This document shows positions 54,216 through 64,000 of a stretch of DNA of 64,000 nucleotides, one piece after another. Numbering within the stretch: position 1 is the first letter of the stretch; every line of letters begins with the position of its first letter. The position numbers were made by a program, and so were the translations under genes. Origin of the DNA: Zygnema circumcarinatum SAG 698-1b (lineage: Eukaryota; Plantae; Zygnematophyceae); the NCBI GenBank assembly GCA_037447605.1, contig CM074810.1, forward strand, positions 434,001 through 498,000, given 5' to 3'. The notes under the pieces were generated by a model. It worked only from the letters and a program-made list of their open reading frames with translations, had not been told where the DNA came from and did not search any database.

Positions 54216-56314
54216 GGGGAGAGAGAGAATGAGTGTCCTTGTTCTGTTGGTGACTATGTGATCTATGTGGGATGTATGCAGCTGCTGAACGTGTTTCCGT
54301 ACCCTCTAACGGTGACCACAGTTCAGTTCGCCGTTGGAGGGCTCTTCTCTCTCAGCTGTTGGGGCACAGGGCTGTACCCCCACCCCCTCCTAATGGACGA
54401 CCAGGTACAGGCTCGCTTTTTTCAACTTTCTACAGCGGAAAAAATGGAACAAAAAAAACAAAAACGAACCTTCTAAAAATCAATCGTGAAAATGAAAAAC
54501 TATTTGCTGGAAGCAAGTGAAGAGTACGAACTTATGTACTAATTCAATGATTAAGAAATTTAATAATTTGGGATTTCAATTAAATTTAGTAATCTAAAGA
54601 TGGCCCCATGCAGAGCAATTAAACGATCAGGTAGTTTAACACTTGAATGTTATTATCATTAACATCCTGAACTTCTAAAATCTGAGAAAATCCTTCCGAT
54701 AAACAAAGAGGGGTTTTTAAGGTTTTAGGGTTTTTAGGGTTTTGAGGGTTTTTAGGAATCCTAAAATCGTCAACCACTTGCATTCTGTAAACTTACAAAC
54801 CTGCAAAACTCCAACCCACGAGTCCTTACCATTCCCAAAAAATATTCCCATACAAAATTTGAATGTTTTTTTTCTGGATTTAAACCTAATCTTAGCTGTT
54901 TATATACCAACCTGGAGAGTTCGGCTTCTTATAATTTTCAGGTGCTGCAAATTATTCCGGTGGCTGTTTTCCACGCATTTGGAAATGTGTTCACAAACAT
55001 GAGCGTGAAGGAGGTCAACGTTTCCTTCACACATGTCATAAAGTCGCTCGAGCCCTTTGTCTCCGTCGTGCTCACATTCTTCTTACTGCACAAGGTAACA
55101 ATGTTACAAAGCAATACCAATTATAGGAACAGAAATAAGAACTAAAGTGAGAATAATAACAACAATACTGGCCCTGGTACTGTCCTGTTTTTTGGGACCT
55201 TGCATGCATGCAGCAGAAAATCTGAGACATATCCATCGTGTTTTGCAAGTTCATCGCATCAGAGAGAGAGAGAGAGAGGGAGAGAGATAGAGGGAGAGAG
55301 AGAGAGGGAGAGAGAGAGGGAGAGAGAGGGAGAGGGGAGAGAGAGGGAGAGAGAGGGAGAGAGAGGGAGAGAGGGAGAGAGGGAGACAGAGAGCGAGAGA
55401 GAGGGAGAGAGAGGGAGAGAGAGGGAGAGAGGGAGAGAGAGAGATGGAGAGAGAGAGAGAGGGAGAGAGGAGGGAGAGAGAGAGGGAGAGAAAGAGATGG
55501 AGAGAGAGGGAGAGAGAGAGAGTTTTTGTCTTTTTTTGTTAGATTCTTAATGTTCTTATTCGATTTTGGGGTGTTTTTTTTTTGCAGTCTCCAACTGTGT
55601 TGGTCGTCTCTTCGCTTCTCCCAACAGTCGGAGGAGTCGCGCTCGCCTCCGTTTCTGAAATCTCCTTCAACTGGTGAGTGCGATCCACTGCTGGGGATCA
55701 ACCTTTGGTGGATCCAAGATCAACCTCCCCGGCAGGATTACCCATGCAAGGGCCGAGTCCACTCTACATTATCACCCTAATTCCGCAAATGATTAACCTC
55801 TGCAATGTGGAGCCGTATCAAAACGATTGCTATCAAAACAAGCTAAAATTGTTAACCCTAATCTGTTGACCCATGTTTTACTAAGGGACAGCTTACACAT
55901 GGCTTTAACATCTATCGGAAATTTTAGGGTTTTATATTCTTTAAATGTTTTTGGTGCACATTTTGATGAATTTGGGGTTTGAGGGTCTCCCCATTGCAAA
56001 CCATTTTAGTTTCTTAAACTTTTCAGATACTTCTATTATTTTCATTTTCCTTTTTTTCCTTTTTATTTAACCTTTGCAGGCTGGGATTTTGGAGTGCCAT
56101 GGCTTCAAACATAACATTCCAAACTCGGAATGTTCTCAGCAAACAAATTTTGATGGCGACCACTGTGAGTTTTTTTTTTTGGGGTCATTTTTGGGGCTAG
56201 ATTTGCAATTATAATATTTCGCACTCCATGTTTCGCACTCATCCCTTACTTCGAAGCTTTCTATTTCCCTTTTTTTTATTTAAAAAAATGCTTCACGTTA
56301 TTGAGCCTGTTAGC

Positions 56315-56386
<72 letters not shown>

Positions 56387-58790
56387 GAGAGAAAGAGCGA
56401 GAGAGAGAGAGGGAGAGGGAGAGAGAGAGATGAGTCCCCTTGTTCTGTTATGGATCATGAATTCTAAAGCTGTTGCCGTAGAAACCTAATTAAGGGTGGG
56501 AATACAGGAGAGAAGGGAAGAAGGACAAGGATAGAGGAGAAAGGAGAGAAGGGACGAAGAAGAAGGATAGAGGGAGAGGGAGAGGAAGCTGAGATTATTT
56601 CCTTTTGACTATTTATTTATTTATTTTCCTTTTGGTTTGTTATCTTTCAGGAGGGATTTGACAACATCAATTTATTCTCAGTCATCACTCTCCAATCTTT
56701 CCTCATAGTGTTACCCTTCGCTTTACTCTGCGAGTCCCCTTCCAGCAATTCAAAAGCGCTCCAAATGCCGGAGGTGAGGTCACAGGATCGATCCTCATCA
56801 CACTCAATGCAAATATTCACATTAGGGGGGGTCAGACTTAGAACATGGCCAAATCAAAATTAGTAAGCCTGTCGGGCAAATTAAGCATTGGCTAGGTACG
56901 CATTTCGGTACAGCTGGGTTCGGCGGAGCCGCGGATCCCGACCCGGAATTCGTACACGAAACTTTGACTTTTAGTATACTAAATTCGGGAATTTAGTACG
57001 CTCCGGGCTAAGTCTGACCCCCCCTATTATGAACAAATGTAAACATATATGCATAGATGCGTACGAGTAGATGTATGCATGGGGGGGGAGGGAGGGAGGA
57101 GAGGGTGGAGGAATGGGAGAGGGAGAAAGAGAGAGAGAGAAGCCACCACGTACTTGTGTATTCATAAACACACGTGTGTTCTAAGAAGAGCGGGAGAGAG
57201 AGAGAGAGAGCGCTCTTCTCATGAAGCCTTCTTTCTTTTGCTCTATAACTCCCAGCGTCCTCCTTCGATTAAACGTATATGTGTTATAATTGTTTTTTTT
57301 CATAGTTCTTATTGAGGAGATCATCTTTCCTGCTCACTACTTTGCCACGTGGCTGCAGTTTGACATTCGGAAAGCCGTGACACGCGGCGGTTTCGCCGCT
57401 ATCTGCTTTCATGCATACCAGCAGGTGCCTAGCTCTCTCCCACTCTCTCCCACTCCCTCCCACTCTCTCCCACTCTCTCCCACTCTCTCCCACTCTCTCC
57501 CACTCCCTCCCACTCTCTCCCACTCCCTCCCACTCTCTCCCACTCTCTCCCACTCCCTCCCACTCTCTCCCACTCTCTCCCACTCTCTCCCACTCCCTCC
57601 CACTCTCTCCCACTCCCTCCCACTCTCTCCAACTCTCCCCACTCTCCCCCTCCTCTCTCCTTCTGTCTCGCCTCTCTCGTCTCTCTTCTCCCAGCCCCCT
57701 TCATATTTCTCTCCTTGTTTTCTGTCCCCCTTTCTCTCTCGCTCTGTACCTCTCTTTTCTCATACCATCACTCTATGCTCAATGACTCTTCCTGTATCGC
57801 CCTTTCCTATTCTTCTTCCGATCTCCTACCTGCCTTCTCTCCGTTTCCCGTGCTTGTTTCTCCTCTACCTCACTCCTCTCTACCGCCCTCGCTTTCCCTC
57901 TCCGTCTCCCTCTCTCTCTCCAGACTCTTTTCACTTCATTTTCCTTCCCCTCTCCCTCCCACTCACCTTCCCCCCTTCTCCCTTTCCCTCCTCCTGCCCT
58001 CTCCCCTCTCCCTCTTCCTCTCCCTCCTCCCTCACCTGCTCTCAATTTTTGTCTTCCAGGTATCATACATGATCCTCCAGCGTGTGACACCTGTCACGCA
58101 TTCAGTGGGGAACTGTATGAAGAGACTTGTCGTGATCGTGACATCTGTCGTCTTCTTCAGAACGCCCGTTTCCAATCGAAATGCGACAGGTATGCTGTTT
58201 GGGGAGGGGGGAGGGAGGGAGAGGGAGAGAGAGAGAGGGAGAGAAGGAGAGGGAGGAGGTGGGGGAGGCCAAGGGTTGGGAAAAGGTGAGGGGGGTGGGG
58301 TAGGAAAGGGGCGGGAGGGGGAGGAGAGTGATTGAGGGAGACAGGTAGGGGAGGGGATAGGATGAGAAAAGGGTGAGGGAGAGAGTGTGAAAGGAGGGTG
58401 TTGAGAGAGAGGGAGAGGGCGAGGGAGAGGGAGAGGGAGAGGGAGAGGGAGAGGGAGAGGGAGAGGGAGAGGGAGAGGGAGAGGGAGAGGGAGTGGGCGG
58501 GGATGGGGATGGGAGTGAGATTGAGGTGAAGGAAGGCGGGGGGATTCTTATTGACATCACCCCACATCATCACAAGCCACCACATGCTTCATACTCAATT
58601 TCGCTACATCACTCTGAGCCTCACTGACCTAAAGAAGCATCCACTACATCATTCCGCGTCTCTTCCATCACTTTTTTACCATTCCTACATCATATGGCTC
58701 AAAGCATTTCATTGGACCCTTGTTGATGCAGGAATTGCACTCGCACTATTTGGAGTGTTTCTCTACTCTCAAGTGAAGGGTATGAAGTGA
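52657..58790 (+). CDS. PPT: Phosphoenolpyruvate/phosphate translocator-like protein (TPT/pPT family), ~10 exons, atypical N-terminus
   Basis: Exons read [23 protein letters not shown]|[19 protein letters not shown]|..[32 protein letters not shown]|..[16 protein letters not shown]|[21 protein letters not shown]|..[12 protein letters not shown]|..[10 protein letters not shown]|[38 protein letters not shown]|[19 protein letters not shown] (TGA ends 58790). The proposed exon 1 (52657-52765, phase 1) splices to 53360 through a weak GAG acceptor, so the start is less certain than the core. Confidence 0.9.
56825..57024. mobile_element. 200-bp MITE in a PPT intron, 17-bp perfect TIRs, flanked by TA on both sides
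   Basis: The left end is ta|GGGGGGGTCAGACTTAG and the right end is CTAAGTCTGACCCCCCC|ta. There is no coding capacity. Confidence 0.8.
57432..57640 (+). repeat. 10-bp minisatellite (CACTCTCTCC/CACTCCCTCC)n, intronic
   Basis: Directly visible; source of the spurious [10 protein letters not shown] ORFs. Confidence 0.9.
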
Positions 58791-59371
58791 GAGAGAGAGA
58801 GGGAGAGAGAGAGCGCGGGAGAGCGAGAGAGGGAGAGAGAGAGGGAGAGGGAGAGAGTGAGAGGGAGAGAGAGAGAGGGAGAGAGAGAGGGAAAGAGAGA
58901 GAGAGGGAGGGAGAAAGAGAGAGGGAGGGAGAGAGGGAGAGTGAGAGGGAGGGAGAGGGAGAGAGGGAGAGAGAGAGAGAGGGGGGGGAGTGACAGAGAG
59001 CCCTTTGGGGCCTCTTCATTGTACAAATAGGGCATACGAGCGAACATGGGGCCCACACATATCTCAAGTCGCCGATTCCCTCAAATTTCATTTATTTTTC
59101 TCTGTTGGTTTCCAAAAAAGGTAGAGACGAGCACTGCCGACAGAAACGCTTTTTCCTTTTTTTTGAGGTAGAAGAAATGTTGAACTGGGAGGCGGCACGG
59201 AGATGTTTAGTCTGTTTGTAGGGTTTTTTTTTTTTTTTTTCTCCCCCCCTCGGGGCCCCTACTTTTTGTCTTGCTTTTTAGGTTTCCTGGTTTGCTGGAA
59301 GGTTCGTAAGATGGCCAAAAAGTGGCACATCGTTTAGAGCATCTGACGACATTGACAAAATGGGGTTCGGA

Positions 59372-59560
59372 GTTTAGGGTTTAGGGTCTAGGGTCTAGAG
59401 TTTAGGGTCTAGGGTTCAGGGTCGAGGGTTTAGGGTCTAGGGTTTAGGGTTTAGGGTTTAGGGTGTATGGTTTAGGGTCTAGGATTTCAGGTACAGGTTG
59501 AAGATTTCGGGATTAGGATTCAAGGTTTGAAGTTTATGGTTGTCAGGGTTTAGGGTTTTG
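59372..59560 (+). repeat. Interstitial telomere-like (TTTAGGG/TCTAGGG)n array downstream of PPT
   Basis: Directly visible. Confidence 0.85.
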
Positions 59561-61747
59561 AATTTTAGGAGAACTCTTTGTCAGTTGACAGATTGTTCTG
59601 TACGAACGTGAATTCAGTCACAATTCTCTGAATGTGCACGAGATTTGGGGATTTGGGATTTTTTTTTTTCCCTCCAAAAGGGGCACAGAAAGTGCCCCAT
59701 TTGGAGAAAGTTAACGAGGAACCAGACCCCATGAAGACCACATCAGACTCAAATTCAAGCGACGCAAGAAAGCAAGTTAAACTAAACTACACTCAGTAAA
59801 GTGACTAAACTAACTTAACTAACCAAGCGAATTACAATCACGAAACGAACCTAAACCGAGTAAGCAAATGGAACCGCGAAGAAAAGAGAGAGGGTCCCAC
59901 TTGTTTGGACTTGCAACGCATGTTGTTGTGCAATTGCATGTTGTTGTGCAATTGCATGTTGTTGTGCAATTGCATCATTCATTGTTTGAAGTTTTGGCGT
60001 ACCCTTCCCGTTCCTAGCTTTTTTCTCTTGTCCTGAGGGCCTTTGCGGCCAGTTCCTCGTGGTTCCCCATGGCGGTTTTGTCCATGCACATTTGATGGCA
60101 TCATCGCCATCGAGAGACCAATGCCACTTCTCCATCCACTTCTCTTTTTTGATCGCCCCATACTTTCATTGCCATCCCTCCCTCCTTTAGTCTCGTAGCA
60201 GTAAGAGTTCGAGTCCCAAAAAGTTGCAACAACTCAATCTATTATTACTCGTACTGTACTGTACTCGAAACTGCAGGGTCGATTGAAATCTTCCAATCGC
60301 CACTGCCCACGTGGAACAGTTGTGTGACGGTTATCTCTCCCCCGCGGTCTATGAGTGTACCGTTACAGTAGTACATTTTCCTAAAAACCCAGAACAACAT
60401 TTCATGGATTCACGGTTTTGTTCCAATGTTCGTTCACACTTCTTGTGCCCTTTCCAACTTCTTTAGCGTCTTGTTCATTCACTTTCGAGACATAATGATC
60501 GATTTCATGCTCAATTGCAGTTCACTTTGTTGACTTCCACCATGTTGACTACCGCACTCATGCACCGAAACGCGCGCCAAGTTAGGCATGAGACTCAGGT
60601 CCAATGTTGGGTCTAGCACACCAAGAAGCATGGACTCTGACATAGGGCAAAAAAAAAGTTCACAGACAAAAAATCTGAATCTGAATCTGAATCTGAATTG
60701 CCTAAACAGTGCGAAAGTTCATGCCAATAATTGAACGGTGGGGGTCACCGCCATTTAAATGGGAAAAGATTGGGCATTGGTCTTCTAAAATTGGAGCAAT
60801 TGATACATAGATTTCCCTGGCATGTTATGAACCCAAAGAATAAGCTCTGCATTATTTAGGACAATTCAGAGCACTGCGCTATATGCTGAATACGAATGAG
60901 ATGAGGCCTGAAGTTGAAGTTTCTGCTTTTGGAGAAAGAGGTGAGTCGTTGGAGGCCCTCCCTCCTATTCATCTCACCAGTCAATTTGTAGCTGTTCATC
61001 TGTTCAATATATGACAGAAAAGATAGATGAAGATGAAGGGATAAAACGTGAGTTAAAAGATAATGAAGGGTACAGCAGTCCAGGATTGCAGAGATGAGAG
61101 AGAGAAATGAGAGAAGTCGAGCGAGCGAACAGACGAGAAAGACCCGAGAACGAGAGAGAGAAAGACAGAGGGACGGGAGAGAGATAGAGAAAGCGAGAGA
61201 GAGTGAGAGAGGGAGAGAAAGAGAGAGAGAAAGAGAGAAAAAACTCTTAGGGAGGGGTGGCTAATTCCCAAGAAACCCTGAAACTCCCCAGCCTCCCCTT
61301 ACTCTCTCCCTCCCTCGCTGCCTCCCTTCCTCCCTACCACCCTCCTCCCTCCCTCACTCCCAAACCCTCCCTCACTCCCGGCCTTCCCCTGTCCCCCTTC
61401 TCCCTTTCTCTCACGGCCCTTTTCCCTCCTTTCCTTCCTCCCCCCCACCAGATCTCCTCCCTCACAATCCCCCCCCCCTTTCCTTCCTTCCTCCAACCCT
61501 CCTCCCCCGCCACCACCCTCCCTCCCTTCCCCCCAGCCCTGCTCCTCCCTCCCTCACCCATGTCCCTACCTGTTCTCTGCCACCGCCCCCTCTTCTCCTT
61601 CCCTCCCTCCCGCCCTCCCTCCCGGCCTCCCCCATCCCCCCTCCGCCCTGTCTCCCTCACCACCCCTCCCTCCCTCCCTCCCTCCCTCCTCCCTCCCTCC
61701 CTCCCTCCCTCCCTCCCTCCTTCCCTCTGTCCCGACCTCTCTCTCAC

Positions 61748-62264
61748 CTATCCACGCCCACACGCTCCTCCACGCCTCCCCCCAGCCCTCCGCCGCCGCC
61801 TTATCGCACACTCTCGGCTGCGAAAACTCCTCCAAATCCAGCGCCTCTTGCAGCCCCAATGCAGATCCAAAGTGGATCATGTTGCTGGACGGCGAGTCCA
61901 CATAGATATTGCTCACTTGGATCCACAGCCACCTCGTCTGCGGGGGTTGAACTGAGATGCCCTTCAGGCTTCCGAGCCGACCCATTTGGAGAACGCCGGA
62001 GAGGGTGGAGGCGTAGTATACTTTAATGGTGCCTGCCTTTACCGAGGTGTAGCAGCTGGAGGAGAGTTTAACGGTGAAGGAGCCGTCATCGTTGAGAATG
62101 TAGGACTTGACTGTGGGTGGGAGGAGGCCGCGGGGGAGGCCGTGGGACTCGAGCTGGTCTTGGGCGGAGGGAGTGGAGAGGGAGGGGATGGGGAGGGAGA
62201 GGAGGGAGAGGAGGAGGAGGGAGAGGAGCGGAAGGGAGAGGGAGGTGGGGAGGGAGAAGCCCAT
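61748..62264 (-). CDS. DUF538-domain protein with N-terminal signal peptide (main exon; a short last exon is possible at 60981-60991)
   Basis: A hydrophobic leader ([24 protein letters not shown]) precedes SAQDQLESHGLPRGLLPPTVKSYILNDDGSFTVKLSSSCY..VYYASTLSGVLQMGRLGSLKGISVQ..LWIQVSNIYVDSPSSNMIHF. The donor gtgaga is at 61747. Confidence 0.88.
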
Positions 62265-62719
62265 GGTGGAAACAGGACGAGAGGATGTGGGTGGGCCTGA
62301 TATGGGGAACGCGGGGGGGGAGAGGGGAGACGAGACACGAGGGGAGGAGGAGAGCGAGAGGGAGGGAGAGAGAGAGACGAAAATGGATAAGACAGGCGCA
62401 CGACCCAACGGCTTCACATACAGATCTATGAACCCAGTTAGCGTTTTGCTCTGATTAAAACTAGGCTACTTGTGATGATTCATGCTAGATTTCTCAGTTT
62501 AACGGTGGGACTGCGAATCTGTGTGGCTTGACTACGTCTCGATAAAGATGCCTTTGCAATGGAAGCCGTTCGATCTGCCACGATGATGCATCGGACGGTG
62601 GACATTTTGAAAGACAGATAATAACGAATTGGAATATGCGGAATTTGCGAGCGAGGGTATCCAGCAAGGACTGTGCCGAACCCAAACTTCTTAAGTTAAA
62701 AAGAAGAAGAAAAAAAAAA

Positions 62720-63662
62720 GGGCAGTGATATTTCCACCCCTTTTTTGGATCCAAACACCCCTTCCCGGCCGGGCAGATTTCAAAAAGGATTAAAAACGGA
62801 AAATGCTTTCTTCACACCTTTTTGGAATCGATACCACCCTCCATCGGCAGATTTTATTTCTGCGAAACAAGGAAAATGATAACCCGTTACCCCATTTGAA
62901 TATCCCGCCTACCTGAATTTTTTTTCACGCGTGCGGTCAATCGCAGCCGTCGATTCCCTCGCAGATCGCAACACGGCAGATCACTACTTGATCTGCAGCC
63001 GGGCTCGGTCACAGCGCATGGCACGTGCCCACGTATCCCGCCAAAGTCCTCTCAAAAGTTCGTCCGTACAAATGTCGTACGGCCGAACTTGAGGAACCCA
63101 AAATTCGTACATTGAGATCTTAAACCAATCAAAAATTTCCACGTCAAAAAATTAACACGTGGCAGATTTTGATTGGCTGGGAGCTAACAGTGACGAGATC
63201 TCGGGCCGAAAGACGCGCGCACTCGCAAGTGCGATCCGGCTTTGGTGGGACTCGTGGGCGCTTTCCATTCGCTAAGATCGTGCCCGGCTGCAGATCGAAC
63301 GGTGATCTGCAGTGGTGTGATCTGCGAGGGAAGCGACAGCTGCGATTGACACACACGTGTGAAGGACGGACACCCGCGAACGATCTCGTGGCGGACGGAT
63401 CTTCCGCTCCGAGCGGATTCGGGCAGGCAGATATTTCTTTCCCGCAAAAAAAAAATCAGGGAGGCGGGATACAGTATTCAAAATGCGATGACGGGGTATC
63501 ATTTTCCTTGGTTAGCAAAAATAAAATCAGCCGACGGAAGAAGGTGGGTATCGATTCCAAAAAGGTGTGAAAAAAGCATTTTCTGTTTTTAATCCTTTTT
63601 GAAATCTGCCCGGCCGGGAAGGGGTGTTTGGATCCAAAAAAGGGGTGGAAATATCACTACCC
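62720..63662. mobile_element. 943-bp non-autonomous foldback/Mutator-like element with long (~330 bp) imperfect TIRs
   Basis: The left arm GGGCAGTGATATTTCCACCCCTTTTTTGGATCCAAACACCCCTTCCCGGCCGGGCAGATTTCAAAAAGGATT... is the near-exact reverse complement of the right end ...GGGGTGGAAATATCACTACCC. Homology continues inward to ~63048/63240 with an ~80-bp insertion in the right arm. A-runs on both sides are compatible with an 8-9 bp TSD. Confidence 0.85.
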
Positions 63663-64000
63663 AAAAAAAATTAAAAAACTGGAAACAACGCATTGCACTT
63701 TCAGTATGGACATAGAACACAATTCGAACCATTCTTTCGCTTTTTGAAGTTTAAAAAAGCCCAACATAAACTAAACATAAACCAACCAGGCCTTTGGTTT
63801 CTCTCTACAAACCAAGCGGCACTGACCTATCATACATTATTGCTTTATGCTTTTGGGGTACAAATGAGCTTCATGAGCCCCCATACATTCCTAGAGGGCT
63901 CCCCCCTCCCAAAGGTGACCTCTCGTCCTCCCAAAGCTCATGGACTGCCTCCCTCCCCTCTCCTCCCTCTCCTCCCTCACTCTCTCCCTCCCCCCTGTAA

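Overview
Eukaryotic, intron-rich nuclear DNA of a green-lineage (streptophyte-like) organism. This assignment is inferred from plant-type protein families, a plastid transit peptide and scattered TTTAGGG motifs. Introns are filled with (GA)n/(CCCT)n low-complexity tracts, which generate most of the spurious ORFs in the ORF track. Ten recognisable protein genes can be rebuilt by reading splice sites: an intronless SYP1-type syntaxin (-), the DNA 3'-phosphatase ZDP (-), AP-1 gamma-adaptin (-), tRNA-His guanylyltransferase THG1 (+), a plastid DUF4336 protein (-), exocyst SEC15 (-), RIO1 kinase (+, interrupted by a scaffold gap), RPS18 (-), a PPT-type phosphate translocator (+) and a DUF538 protein (-). 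There is also an orphan two-exon ORF behind a nested direct/inverted repeat, two non-autonomous TIR elements and a 1.9-kb tandem duplication across a gap that is probably an assembly artefact. The most interesting observation is the PPT homologue. Its predicted N-terminus is a hydrophobic signal or anchor followed by three N-G-T sequons instead of a plastid transit peptide, which suggests retargeting to the secretory pathway. Other notable items are a U12-type intron in gamma-adaptin, a candidate H/ACA snoRNA in an RPS18 intron, and a structured ~75-bp element present in inverted orientation on both sides of the PPT gene. All exon boundaries were read by eye and are unverified.
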